This document shows positions 4,803 through 11,682 of a stretch of DNA of 11,682 bases, in pieces. Each line of letters begins with the position of its first letter. Position 1 is the stretch's first letter. This stretch comes from Vibrio cholerae ATCC 14035 (GTDB lineage: Bacteria > Pseudomonadota > Gammaproteobacteria > Enterobacterales > Vibrionaceae). The translations under genes were made by a program, and so were the position numbers. The stretch spans positions 1 through 11,682 of the forward strand of contig NZ_JHXR01000041.1 in assembly GCF_000621645.1 (NCBI RefSeq). Reading direction: 5' to 3'. Below the pieces are notes generated by a model. That model had not been told where the DNA came from. It searched no databases and saw nothing but the letters and a program-made list of their open reading frames with translations.

Positions 4803-6354
4803 CGCGCGCATCTCCTAAACCGCGAGCCTGAAACATCAGCTTCGCCATCTGTTCAACAAACTCACCCTCGCTGAGTTCCGCTTGCAAGGCAGGCAGGCCA
4901 GCCAAGAACGCATCATAACTGGCCGAGTCTTTGGCGAGCTTTAAGATCGGGTTCATAAACTCTTCGCCAGTTTCCACCCATTCGCTAACGGCTTCATCGG
5001 TCATCGCATCAACCTCCGCGTCTACGCTTTGGCTGATGCGGTTGATCGCAATACCTTGCGAATGGTTTAGGCCAACCTCTAGAGATTGCATGGAAGCTTG
5101 CGCCATAGGCACCAGCACTTCTTCTTCGTTCTCTGGCTCACTCAGGCCGAACTTATCACGCACGGATGAAGCGCTCACGCGTAGGCCACGGTCGATCAGT
5201 GGCGTTAAGCTATCGACCAGAACTTTGAGATCTTCCGGCTCTGGGATTTTGATGCGCACTTTCGGGTAATGCTCTTGCACACCCCAGTTGAGGATGATGT
5301 AAGGCTTAACCAAGAATTCATTGATGCAAGATTCGAGTTGGCGCGCATCCCACTTGGCAATATCAATCCGCACTTCGTTGTGAACGTTTGCTTGCGATTG
5401 AGAGCTGCCATTGTCGGCGGTCATGGTTTGGCCGAGTACGGCTTTTGAAATCTGTTCATCACACCAACGCGCCATGTTTTCAAATAGCGTGTCGCCGCCA
5501 TTGCCTTTGGCCGTTTCTAGCAAGTCAATCTTCATTGACTCTGGGATCACCGCACCCGCATCACTGGCGATGCGGCCAATGGCATTAATCAGCGTGCTGA
5601 TATCGCCCTCACTAGCGTTCGCGCCATACTTACCGACCCGAACCGGAATGCCGAACACTTCGGCAAACGCCCACCAATCGCGCACGGTGAACGATTTGAG
5701 CATGTACATCACTGCCACTAAGCGCGCTAGGCCATTGCGCCACACGCTGCCAGACTTAGATCGCGGCGTATGCACGATGAACTTATAAGGCTCTAGCGGC
5801 GCGCCCGTTGGGGCATCATCACTAATCAGCAAGATCTGCTCTAGGGTTTCTTGGTCTTGGCGCAGGTAACGAGGGTCAACCCACTTATAATCGCTCGGCT
5901 TCCACGGGGTTTTCTTGGTATCCCACAGCACTTGCACTACGGCAAGGCCCTTGCCTAAACCATCGAGCAAATCAAACAGCAGCTCAGGGATCATGTCGTC
6001 GGTCATGATTTCGCGCACGCGCTCTGCCATCAGCACATCATTGGCTTCATCGCTGTAGGCTTCCACGCTTGGCTCAATCGCTGCCACGGCGAGCTTACGG
6101 GTGCGCAACTGCGCTGCGTAGTGCAGGTCTCGCTCTTCCATTTCTTCCGCGAGCGTCATGTACGCTTCTGGGTCTGTGCCATCAATTACGCTACGCAGCA
6201 AGCCTGCAAGGCGCTGCGGCGTAATGGTTGAGGCCACACTGGCAGGGCGTGGGTTGCGCACGCCCGTGGTGTAAGCACGGGCAATGTCTTCGGCGAGTAC
6301 GGTTTTGTCGGCTTTGAGTGGCTGGCCGCGAGCGTCGAGAAATTGAATACTCAT
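4795..6354 (-). CDS. Portal protein, Mu gp29 (DUF935) family
   Basis: The ORF is 519 aa and its start overlaps the large terminase stop (ATGA). Size and position (terminase, then portal, then F) match Mu, and the sequence resembles DUF935 portals as I recall them. Confidence 0.85.
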   Translation of the reverse strand: MSIQFLDARGQPLKADKTVLAEDIARAYTTGVRNPRPASVASTITPQRLAGLLRSVIDGTDPEAYMTLAEEMEERDLHYAAQLRTRKLAVAAIEPSVEAYSDEANDVLMAERVREIMTDDMIPELLFDLLDGLGKGLAVVQVLWDTKKTPWKPSDYKWVDPRYLRQDQETLEQILLISDDAPTGAPLEPYKFIVHTPRSKSGSVWRNGLARLVAVMYMLKSFTVRDWWAFAEVFGIPVRVGKYGANASEGDISTLINAIGRIASDAGAVIPESMKIDLLETAKGNGGDTLFENMARWCDEQISKAVLGQTMTADNGSSQSQANVHNEVRIDIAKWDARQLESCINEFLVKPYIILNWGVQEHYPKVRIKIPEPEDLKVLVDSLTPLIDRGLRVSASSVRDKFGLSEPENEEEVLVPMAQASMQSLEVGLNHSQGIAINRISQSVDAEVDAMTDEAVSEWVETGEEFMNPILKLAKDSASYDAFLAGLPALQAELSEGEFVEQMAKLMFQARGLGDARDA

Positions 6355-7916
6355 AGTCGAATTCCTTTGCCGCGCAGATCACTGGCGTGCGGCATGTCGT
6401 CAAATCGGTTGTTTTCTTCTGCTGTACCAAAGAAGCGGCGCTGTGTTTCATCGGCATTCGCTTTGATGGTGTGCAGTTCGTAACGGGTGATGTCGGCTTT
6501 AGAAGCGAGATAAGCAAGGAAGATAGCCACCGCGCTATCACCGTGGCGCTTGTTACCATCGCTGCCTTTGGTTCGGCTGTCATCGATGCCAGGCACACCA
6601 CGATAGATTTTGATTTGCCCAAGGTCGGTGATCACATCCTCATGCTTAGGCAGCTTTATTTCGTCATCTTCGAAAGCGGCTTTGAACTTCGGCATGTTCT
6701 CACGGTAGTAGGCGACAGAGAGTATGACCTCTTCAACTTCCGCGCCATAACGGTATCGGGCCTGCTCGGCAAGGTATTGGCCGTTACCACGCGCATCGAG
6801 CTTGATGCCGTCGCGGCGAGGCAGGCGATCGCAGATGTAGTACAGCGCTTGCTCTTGCTGCTTGAATGGCACGTTCTTAAGCTCGACTAGGAACGGAACC
6901 GTTCGCTTGGTATCTGTCTCGACGGTAATCGGAGCAAACGACGTTAAGTCACCGTTACGGGCAAAGTCTTCACCGAGTGCATGGCGCAACCCTTTAGGCA
7001 AGGCTTGCAGTTGTGGGCCAACGTTCTCCACTAGCCACTCTTGCATAGTACGCATGCGCTCGGCTTCGCCTGCATTGTTGAATGCTGCGCTGCCAGTAAA
7101 GCTGATTACGGGCGCATCAGCCAAAGAGGCCGCACGCTCACGAAGACCACGGCTAATGTATGCGCCGCCGCCGTTCTTCGGCACACAGTAGTATTCTTCC
7201 AGCGCATCTTCTTCGGTGGCGGTGTCACGCAGTAGGTCACGCTTCCATTGGTCTTCGGCTTCTTGCGTCCATGTTTTGCCTTTGACCTGACAGATACGCT
7301 TATACAGACCATCGCGGCAGGCATCATCCAACGTGATGGTATGGATCGAGTAACGCTTCTTGCCTGCGCGGCTGTCTTGAATGAGCTGGTTAAATAGGTT
7401 GTCCACCCCGTTATGGGTAGAGATAAGGCGCACCTTTGCGCCCCACATGGTTAAAGCCAACGCGGCCTTGAGCACTTCTGCAAGCCGTTCATGGAATGCG
7501 GCTTCGTCAATGGTTACGCAGCCCTGCATACCCCGCAGGTTAGAAGGGTTGCTGGATAACGCTTGCACCTTAAAGCCAGAAGCGAAATAGACCACAAAGG
7601 TTAAGATTTCTTTGTTGCCATCGTCATCGAGAAAGACTTCTTCCTGAACATCTTGCGCCGCATAGTTAAACGCCTTGGCCCACATCGCTACCGCATCAAT
7701 GAATTCGCGCGCCATCTCTTTGTTGGAACCCACATAGAAATGGTGAGTGCCACCTGCGGCCTTTGACTTAGAAGCCGTGAGCGCAGCATCGGCCGCTTCC
7801 GCCCAAGTAATACCCGTCCGGCGGCTTTTCTCCGCAATCTTTAGCGGAGATTCATCAGCAATCCATCGCTTCTGGTAAGGCAGCAGCACATCTTGTTCGC
7901 GGAATTCATAGTTCAT
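6351..7916 (-). CDS. Terminase large subunit, Mu gp28-like
   Basis: The ORF is 521 aa with an N-terminal Walker-A-like KSRRTGITW and an acidic ATPase motif (VTIDEAAF). The C-terminal half is nuclease-like. It follows the DUF3486-like small subunit directly (TAA then ATG). Confidence 0.9.
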   Translation of the reverse strand: MNYEFREQDVLLPYQKRWIADESPLKIAEKSRRTGITWAEAADAALTASKSKAAGGTHHFYVGSNKEMAREFIDAVAMWAKAFNYAAQDVQEEVFLDDDGNKEILTFVVYFASGFKVQALSSNPSNLRGMQGCVTIDEAAFHERLAEVLKAALALTMWGAKVRLISTHNGVDNLFNQLIQDSRAGKKRYSIHTITLDDACRDGLYKRICQVKGKTWTQEAEDQWKRDLLRDTATEEDALEEYYCVPKNGGGAYISRGLRERAASLADAPVISFTGSAAFNNAGEAERMRTMQEWLVENVGPQLQALPKGLRHALGEDFARNGDLTSFAPITVETDTKRTVPFLVELKNVPFKQQEQALYYICDRLPRRDGIKLDARGNGQYLAEQARYRYGAEVEEVILSVAYYRENMPKFKAAFEDDEIKLPKHEDVITDLGQIKIYRGVPGIDDSRTKGSDGNKRHGDSAVAIFLAYLASKADITRYELHTIKANADETQRRFFGTAEENNRFDDMPHASDLRGKGIRL

Positions 7917-8498
7917 TTACGCGATCCCCAAGATTTGGTTTTTGATATCGGTGGCGGTATCCGCCGAAATGCCCGCTTGCTTAACAATCTTCTCAGCGGC
8001 CTCTGCGGCTTCAGCAGCGAACGCGGCGCGAATCTCTTTCTCGCGCTTCATACTGGTCATGGCGGCGGTTTCGATGCGCTGCACCACCAAGGCTAACTGG
8101 CCGAGCGCCTTGGGTGAGATCACTTCGCCATCTTCACCATCAGATTGCTCCATCATTTTCATGGAGGTATCAAACGCCATAGTGCGCACGAACTCTTGCA
8201 GCAGCTTACCGACATCACTGGTTGGTGCTTCACCAAGCTTAGAAACCCACACTTCCGCGACTTCACGAGACTGGCGCAAGCGTTGGCCCATATCTTCCAT
8301 GCGCTTGGCATAGCGGTTAAACCCTGTGCGGCTTAGCTTGGCATCATCTCCCAAGCCTGCGTCATCAATCATTTGATTGACCGCTTCTAGAATGTCTTTT
8401 TGCGTCATGTTGCCGCTGCGGATAAAGACATTCAGCGTATTGCGGATATCTTCCGGCAGCAGTTCAACTTTGCTTTTGCGGTTACTGGCAACTTGCAT
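7917..8498 (-). CDS. Terminase small subunit candidate, Mu gp27 / DUF3486-like
   Basis: The ORF is 193 aa and lies immediately upstream of the large terminase. The N-terminal region looks HTH-like (LPEDIRNTLNVFIRSGNMTQKDILEAVN) and the C-terminal part is a helical Ala/Glu-rich tail, as in Mu-like gp27 proteins. Confidence 0.7.
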   Translation of the reverse strand: MQVASNRKSKVELLPEDIRNTLNVFIRSGNMTQKDILEAVNQMIDDAGLGDDAKLSRTGFNRYAKRMEDMGQRLRQSREVAEVWVSKLGEAPTSDVGKLLQEFVRTMAFDTSMKMMEQSDGEDGEVISPKALGQLALVVQRIETAAMTSMKREKEIRAAFAAEAAEAAEKIVKQAGISADTATDIKNQILGIA

Positions 8499-8509
8499 AC
8501 GCCTTGCTC

Positions 8510-8800
8510 CTATGCCCGTGGGCGTTTAACACCTGGCACAACGGCTTGACCCGTTGCCACGTCTTCACCACGGCCAGTGAGGCGCGCAATTTGGCAATCG
8601 CCCACATCACGCAGTGACACTAGGCCTTGCTCTTGCAACCAAAACAAATGGGTGCGAACTACATCGCGGCTGATTTTGTGGCCGTAAGCATCAAGACACG
8701 AATCAATGATCGACTCGTTTGCTTCATAGCCATGCATCTCATGCAGAGAGCGCAAAATAACCAGTCGCTGGTCTTCGGTTAAAAGCTCTTTAAATGACAT
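8510..8800 (-). CDS. Conserved Mu-like phage protein (gp26 position), predicted winged-helix
   Basis: The ORF is 96 aa with GAGG 6 nt upstream. The pattern LVILRSL...SR..VRTHL.WL.EQGLV is typical of ArsR/MarR-like winged-helix folds. The position matches Mu gp26. Confidence 0.5.
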   Translation of the reverse strand: MSFKELLTEDQRLVILRSLHEMHGYEANESIIDSCLDAYGHKISRDVVRTHLFWLQEQGLVSLRDVGDCQIARLTGRGEDVATGQAVVPGVKRPRA

Positions 8801-8808
8801 GTAAACCT

Positions 8809-9108
8809 CTACTTATCATCTTTTAAACGTTGTTCTAAAAGGAGGTGGGCAAGATGCTCGACAGGCTGAATCTTTGCTTTTAGCTCTCTCATCTCACCCC
8901 GTGTATTGGCTAGCTCAACCAGCAACTCTGTGACTTGCTGCTGAGTCGGGAGGTTGTCTACATGCGCTTTTAAGTCATCCACTTTCTTTTCCACTTTCGC
9001 TAGGTCTTCACGCTTGGCATAGGTTTTGGAAAGCAGAACCAAGCCAACCATGACGAGGGATGAAAAGACCGTCCACGCGATAGAGAAATACTTCACAAAT
9101 AAATCCAT
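8809..9108 (-). CDS. Membrane-anchored coiled-coil protein, Mu gp25 / DUF2730-like
   Basis: I prefer the ATG at 9108 (AAGGAG 8 nt upstream, TGATG overlap with the upstream stop) to the TTG at 9111. It has one N-terminal TM segment (FSIAWTVFSSLVMVGLVLL) followed by a heptad-like charged helix. Confidence 0.65.
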   Translation of the reverse strand: MDLFVKYFSIAWTVFSSLVMVGLVLLSKTYAKREDLAKVEKKVDDLKAHVDNLPTQQQVTELLVELANTRGEMRELKAKIQPVEHLAHLLLEQRLKDDK

Positions 9109-9338
9109 CAATGTGGCTCCTTTCTAGACTGACAACTGACGCACCGCACAGCCTCAGGCTGAGCTTCTATTCTTCTTTTGGGTATTTCGCTACCACAGCT
9201 GAGGCAGTAGCGATTGCCTTCTTCATCTTCATCTGGCTGCTCTTGAATCATATTGCGCCGTGCTGCGTGATGGTTGCTTAAGGCTAAGGCAAGGAATTCC
9301 TGATCACGCTCTTGGGCTTTATCAAACAGATCGCTCAT
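9108..9338 (-). CDS. TraR/DksA-type C4 zinc-finger protein
   Basis: The ORF is 76 aa with CLSC-(17 aa)-CVSC, which has the spacing of the TraR/DksA C4 finger. There is an ATGA overlap with the upstream gene. Confidence 0.8.
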   Translation of the reverse strand: MSDLFDKAQERDQEFLALALSNHHAARRNMIQEQPDEDEEGNRYCLSCGSEIPKRRIEAQPEAVRCVSCQSRKEPH

Positions 9339-9931
9339 TGACGCCCCTTAATGGCATCCACCACGGCGGAGGTGGCTTTGTGGCCGCTGCCTTTGGGATA
9401 AGGTGCGAAACCATCCAAAGTACGCAAGCCTAAGTAAGTCCACGCAGGTGCCGAAAGCAAACCCGCGATATAGGGGTCTGCCCCTGTTCCCATGCCTTTC
9501 GCTTTTAGAAACTCAAAAACAAAGCAGTAAAGAACCGTAGCCCAGAGAGATTGGCGCGCCATCAGTGGGCGAGTTTTGCGAATGTATGGGTCTTCAGCTT
9601 TGTCGCCTGCGCGAATTGTTTCTTGCGTTTCGTGGTGTTCGGCTTGCTTGTCCTGCAGCGCAAGCTCTTGGCGGCGGGTGATTTCTCGCTCCATCTCCAC
9701 CTTGATGCGTTCCAGATCCACCAAGGCTTCTGGCGGAAAGCTTTGCAGCTCACGGGTTAAGGCGATTTGCTTTTGCCCTTTGTTCATGCCCAATGCGCCA
9801 TCAACGGCTTCTACTGCATCGGCCACTTTACTGGCGGTGTCATTGCCGCCGAACAAGCTTGAAATACCACGGATGACCGAAGGCCCCACTTCAAGGGCGA
9901 GCGCCGCTAGCGCTGGGATTGCGATAGGCAT
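9335..9931 (-). CDS. Putative holin (3-TM, GTA/Mu-like holin type)
   Basis: The ORF is 198 aa with a hydrophobic N-terminus (MPIAIPALAALALEV), a charged central helix and two C-terminal hydrophobic segments (LWATVLYCFVFEFL, YIAGLLSAPAWTYLGL). It lies in the lysis cluster two genes after the endolysin. GGAG is about 10 nt upstream. Confidence 0.55.
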   Translation of the reverse strand: MPIAIPALAALALEVGPSVIRGISSLFGGNDTASKVADAVEAVDGALGMNKGQKQIALTRELQSFPPEALVDLERIKVEMEREITRRQELALQDKQAEHHETQETIRAGDKAEDPYIRKTRPLMARQSLWATVLYCFVFEFLKAKGMGTGADPYIAGLLSAPAWTYLGLRTLDGFAPYPKGSGHKATSAVVDAIKGRQ

Positions 9932-10197
9932 TCTCTGAATCTCCGAATTTGTGAAAGTAGGTCAGCACCGGATTCAGGCTTATCAATGCCTAGGTGCAAT
10001 CGAACCTCACACGCGGTGACGCTGCTCCAGCCTTTATTGAAAAAGCTTTGTAGCGTGGCATCGTGTGAGAAGAAAAATTTGCGCTCCAGAGGACCCATTG
10101 CCGCAGAGCCTGTTAATTGATAACGCTGCAACTCAGCCGCAAGGCGCATTTCGCGCCCCTTGGCATAAGCGAACTCTGAGTTCTTTTGGCGCTTCAT
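9907..10197 (-). CDS. Hypothetical basic soluble protein (96 aa) between endolysin and holin
   Basis: I prefer the ATG at 10197 (TAATG overlap with the endolysin stop) over the upstream ATGs at 10212 and 10206. There is no TM segment and no lipobox. It overlaps the holin start by 25 nt. Confidence 0.5.
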   Translation of the reverse strand: MKRQKNSEFAYAKGREMRLAAELQRYQLTGSAAMGPLERKFFFSHDATLQSFFNKGWSSVTACEVRLHLGIDKPESGADLLSQIRRFRECLSQSQR

Positions 10198-10745
10198 TAC
10201 TGGCATTCCCATGCCGCATTCAGCAAATGCACTAGGCGGTTATGCCAGCCTTCAATAAAGCGCACTTGGCTTGGATTGTTCTTGATGATGCGTGCGTAAT
10301 ATAGAGAGCGGCGCAGAACGTAACGGGCGGCGAGGTATTCCACATCACAAGCGTGAACGGCGGCGCGAGTGTTTTTGCCCACTAGGCCATCGTCAGCCAC
10401 TCCGGCGCACTCTTGCAGCATTTTAATGGCAGGCTTCACGCCGTGTTGTACTGCACTATCAAACGTTAGCAGCGCGACAGGGCCTGCCCATTCATCACAG
10501 AACGCAGGCTTCCAGTAGTTGTCGTGGTAAATCTTCACCGCGTCATCCATGGTGAGTGATTTGATATCGACATTAGGGAAAGCGCGCTTGCTGATGCCGT
10601 ATTTCGTTTCGCCGCCCTTGTCTGTTGGGTCGTTAACGTAGCCGCCATCATCACGCAAACCGCCTTCAGCAGTCAGCACGAACAGCACAGCATGGCAAAA
10701 TTCAGGCGAGTAGCCAGCGGTAGAAAAGGGGAATTCGGTAAACAT
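10197..10745 (-). CDS. Endolysin, glycoside hydrolase family 108 N-terminal domain plus a PG_binding_3-like C-terminal domain
   Basis: The ORF is 182 aa. It carries the GH108 hallmark LTAEGGLRDDGGYVNDPTDKGGETKYGIS, and the C-terminal part has the DGLVGKNT peptidoglycan-binding pattern. Confidence 0.85.
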   Translation of the reverse strand: MFTEFPFSTAGYSPEFCHAVLFVLTAEGGLRDDGGYVNDPTDKGGETKYGISKRAFPNVDIKSLTMDDAVKIYHDNYWKPAFCDEWAGPVALLTFDSAVQHGVKPAIKMLQECAGVADDGLVGKNTRAAVHACDVEYLAARYVLRRSLYYARIIKNNPSQVRFIEGWHNRLVHLLNAAWECQ

Positions 10746-10779
10746 AAAAGCACAACCCGTTCAGACATTTGTTGAATTG

Positions 10780-10827
10780 ATTGTGCTTTTTGTGGGGTGA
10801 GTTTATGAATTAACGACAGTTGCTCAA
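10780..10827 (-). promoter_or_regulatory. Putative activator-dependent late promoter upstream of the endolysin gene (Mu P_lys analogue)
   Basis: The minus-strand motif TTGAGCAACTGTCGTTAATTC (10827..10807) starts 2 nt after the activator stop codon. A -10-like hexamer CACAAT (10785..10780) follows after exactly 21 nt. The motif is 19/21 identical to the copy at 2135..2115. Confidence 0.5.
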
Positions 10828-10829
10828 CA

Positions 10830-11246
10830 TTAGAACAGTTGGTGCTGACGCTTCCTCACTTCTAGGTTGCGCATTCTACGGATGGCCGCGTAGATGTTTT
10901 GAGTGGATAAGTTGTACTTGATCGCTAACTCAGGCACGTTCTGCCCGTTAAATTCACGCCAAATATACATGCATCGTAACTGATGCTCAAGCTGCTCACC
11001 TTTAGGGAAGTAATATTGCAAACCGCCTGTATCTTTGCACAAGCGCGCAAGCAGCACCAGTGCAACTATTTCATCTAGCCCCAGCTTGCTGCATTCATCT
11101 TTCAGTGATTCAAAGATGGTTAACATCATCTCAGGCCAACGCACTTTGCTTTCTTCATCATCCAGCAGTTTGTCGATATCGGCCAGTGATACGCCCTCAA
11201 ACCCGAACATATCAAAGTTCTCTTCTTGATTGGCTGCTTTGTTCAT
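10830..11246 (-). CDS. Late transcription activator, Mor/C family
   Basis: The C-terminal pattern GGLQYYFPKG...R...I...F.G.N...LA.KY.LS...IY..I is the Mor-family HTH region. I prefer the ATG at 11246 (GGAGGAG 4 nt upstream). The track start at 11270 is a GTG inside the upstream T-run. The gene sits directly upstream of the lysis genes, as Mu C does. Confidence 0.85.
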   Translation of the reverse strand: MNKAANQEENFDMFGFEGVSLADIDKLLDDEESKVRWPEMMLTIFESLKDECSKLGLDEIVALVLLARLCKDTGGLQYYFPKGEQLEHQLRCMYIWREFNGQNVPELAIKYNLSTQNIYAAIRRMRNLEVRKRQHQLF

Positions 11247-11260
11247 CGTCTCCTCCACAT

Positions 11261-11318
11261 ACAAAAACACCCCGCAATGCTAGGTGTTTGTAGTGTAACT
11301 GAGGCGATCAGCGCGGGG
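11261..11318 (-). terminator. Hairpin plus T-run between the small membrane protein gene and the activator gene
   Basis: On the minus strand, CCCCGC(GCT) (11318..) pairs with (AGC)attGCGGGG (..11270), followed by TGTTTTTGT (11269..11261). The loop is long (about 30 nt), so terminator strength is uncertain. Confidence 0.4.
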
Positions 11319-11324
11319 CATGTT

Positions 11325-11573
11325 TTAGCTTTTCCAAGCCTGTGCATTTTTTTGCTTATCCTCTTCAGAGATCACCATCTCTTTCTTTACTGAGTCGCCT
11401 GCCTTTTTAAAGGCGATGTAATAGAGAAAAGGCAGCTGAATAATAGGCAGCAATACCAACAGAGCAAAGCCACCGCCGCCAATATCAGCGCCAACTTTCC
11501 CACCTAACTTAAACAGAGGGATAGCACCAATCAAACCAACGATGATAGAGATTAATATTTCATATATAGTCAT
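11325..11573 (-). CDS. Small two-TM membrane protein (82 aa), function unknown
   Basis: AAGGAA lies 8 nt upstream of the ATG. There are two hydrophobic segments (ILISIIVGLIGAIPLF and FALLVLLPIIQLPFLYYIAF) and a charged C-terminal tail. The gene is visibly AT-rich relative to the packaging genes. Confidence 0.65.
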   Translation of the reverse strand: MTIYEILISIIVGLIGAIPLFKLGGKVGADIGGGGFALLVLLPIIQLPFLYYIAFKKAGDSVKKEMVISEEDKQKNAQAWKS

Positions 11574-11682
11574 TTTGTTGTTCCTTTTTCTTTTCTAACC
11601 AACGCATAAAATCATGCTGATAATAATACGCCAACTTATCATAACCCGCCGGGCCTGTGCAGTTGTCATTAGATGGAATGCG
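11560..11682 (-). CDS. Hypothetical protein, C-terminal fragment (starts beyond the window)
   Basis: The frame is open from the window edge to TGA 11562..11560 and reads ...NCTGPAGYDKLAYYYQHDFMRWLEKKKEQQNDYI. Its stop overlaps the first codons of the next gene, which is typical operon packing. Confidence 0.35.
   Translation of the reverse strand, partial: RIPSNDNCTGPAGYDKLAYYYQHDFMRWLEKKKEQQNDYI

Larger units (their letters stand above)
1..11682 (-). mobile_element. Internal segment of a Mu-like transposable (pro)phage (late activator, lysis, packaging and head modules); neither phage end is in the window
   Basis: Collinear minus-strand order Mor/C-like, lysin, gp25/26/27-like, large terminase, DUF935 portal, F, I/Z and T matches the phage Mu late-region order. 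Genes are tightly packed, with ATGA/TAATG/TGATG stop-start overlaps. Confidence 0.85.

Noticed and set aside
4029-4811. Original ORF-track starts for several genes (F at 4811, the 94-aa gene at 2643, the gp25-like gene at 9111, the 101-aa ORF at 10212, the activator at 11270)
   Set aside because: In each case a downstream ATG has a properly spaced SD and forms a stop-start overlap with the upstream gene. The longer version begins at a GTG/TTG or at an ATG with no usable SD. I therefore report the shorter coordinates, but without experimental support.
702-9753. Nested minus-strand alternative-frame ORFs (702-929, 5205-5411, 6191-6622, 7106-7327, 9562-9753)
   Set aside because: They are fully embedded out of frame in strongly supported genes (T, portal, terminase, holin). 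They have no SD and their composition is biased toward Arg, Ser and Cys. I checked 9562-9753 as an embedded o-spanin, but it has no signal peptide or lipobox.
127-9938. Numerous plus-strand ORFs in the track (for example 127-531, 1117-1347, 2945-3232, 3324-3767, 3884-4300, 4931-5269, 5411-5788, 6387-6890, 6862-7191, 7942-8313, 9576-9938, and also 11035-11293)
   Set aside because: Each lies entirely antisense to a well-supported minus-strand gene with recognisable family features. They lack convincing SD sequences and have low-complexity, Ser/Arg/Ala-rich translations typical of shadow ORFs in GC-moderate DNA.
10749-10787. Inverted repeat AGCACAA-(25 nt)-TTGTGCT flanked by an A-run and a T-run immediately before the endolysin ATG, considered as a terminator or translational occluder
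   Set aside because: The AT-rich 7-bp stem with a 25-nt loop is weak, and the putative -10 hexamer lies inside its 5' arm. A transcript from the proposed late promoter would therefore not contain the full hairpin. I cannot decide without mapped RNA ends.
1-11682. CRISPR arrays, tRNA/tmRNA genes, IS elements, Mu ends/att sites, a retron or DGR
   Set aside because: There are no regularly spaced direct repeats and no cloverleaf-compatible segments in the few non-coding gaps. No transposase, integrase or reverse-transcriptase ORF is present. The window lies entirely inside the late region.

Overview
The whole window is one minus-strand block from the late region of a Mu-like transposable (pro)phage. 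All calls come from reading the sequence and recalling family motifs; no database search was run. Reading in the direction of transcription (high to low coordinates), the order is: a partial ORF; a small AT-rich two-TM protein; a Mor/C-family late activator; a lysis cluster (GH108 endolysin, a 96-aa unknown, a putative 3-TM holin, a TraR/DksA zinc finger, a gp25/DUF2730-like TM coiled-coil protein); a gp26-like winged-helix protein; small (DUF3486-like) and large terminase; a DUF935-type portal; and a Mu F-like head protein. Next come four translationally coupled ORFs of unknown function (2344-4017), then an intrinsic terminator and a putative late promoter. The block ends with a frameshifted Mu I-like protease/scaffold gene carrying a nested Z-like scaffold ORF, the Mu T-like major head protein, and the start of the next gene. 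No phage ends, transposase, tRNA, rRNA, CRISPR array or IS element is visible. The most interesting points are: (1) the four-gene, progressively AT-richer cassette sits where Mu carries G, the junction where Pseudomonas Mu-like phages carry anti-CRISPR loci; (2) a 21-nt motif, 19/21 identical, occurs upstream of both the endolysin gene and the I gene with identical spacing to a weak -10-like hexamer, and is probably the operator of the Mor/C-type activator; (3) a one-base frame disruption in the head protease gene.
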